Part shown: positions 50,454 to 50,646 of the stretch, piece after piece
Numbering within the stretch: position 1 is the stretch's first letter
Layout of the letters: each line of letters begins with the position of its first letter
Source of the DNA: Bdellovibrionia bacterium
GTDB taxonomy: Bacteria; Bdellovibrionota; UBA1018
DNA: 50,646 nucleotides
Assembly: GCA_045805065.1 (NCBI GenBank)
Contig: JBJMMA010000152.1
Span: 1 to 50,646 of the forward strand
Reading direction: 5' to 3'
Translations under genes and position numbers: made by a program
The notes under the pieces: model-generated
What the model saw: the letters and a program-made list of their open reading frames with translations, nothing else
Told to the model about the DNA's origin: nothing
The model's database searches: none

Positions 50454-50646
50454 TTTGGAACACGGATTATCCTCTTGTCCGGCCATCACCGCGTGTCCTA
50501 TACATAAAGCCTATGAAGCTGATTCGCGCTATTTTGAGCTTTTTCATCCTAACTTTGGATAGGCTATTCGAGCCAAAGGGACCGAATCGCGACTTGGACG
50601 CTCAGCGCGCAATCGATGCACAGACTGCTCAGCTTAAGCTCTACCA

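Overview
About 50.6 kb of bacterial chromosome. The likely source is a predatory Bdellovibrionota (Bdellovibrionia/Oligoflexia-like); this is inferred from HTH+DUF4423-type regulators, a Bdellovibrio-type PilA and S74-chaperone fibre proteins. From left to right: (1) a minus-strand DNA-repair operon (AlkZ-like winged helix, ligase-associated MBL exonuclease, and a nuclease-fused Fe-S XPD/DinG helicase that runs off the left edge and is missing from the ORF track); (2) an unexplained four-gene cluster (Lys-rich small peptide, GT4 glycosyltransferase, secreted His/Cys protein, extra signal peptidase I); (3) tRNA-Arg(UCG), next to a RAYT/IS200-like HUH transposase flanked by ~40-bp hairpin-bearing direct repeats; (4) ribD-ribE-ribBA-ribH-czcD, HD-GYP protein, S8 protease, type IV pilin, sua5, murF and a Zn/Mn ABC pair; (5) a degenerate cyclase/GYF protein; (6) a ~15-kb surface/adhesion island: tandem HTH-DUF4423 regulator, a pilin-S74 fusion, two collagen-S74 fibres with 77 Gly-X-Y triplets each, two paralogous lectin-bearing proteins with a duplicated upstream region and patchy DNA identity, and a beta-helix lipoprotein; (7) RsbQ plus PAS histidine kinase plus map; (8) a small Cys-rich secreted peptide and an immunity-like gene cluster. 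No CRISPR array, rRNA or recognisable prophage core genes were seen. All family assignments come from reading motifs by eye; no database search was run.
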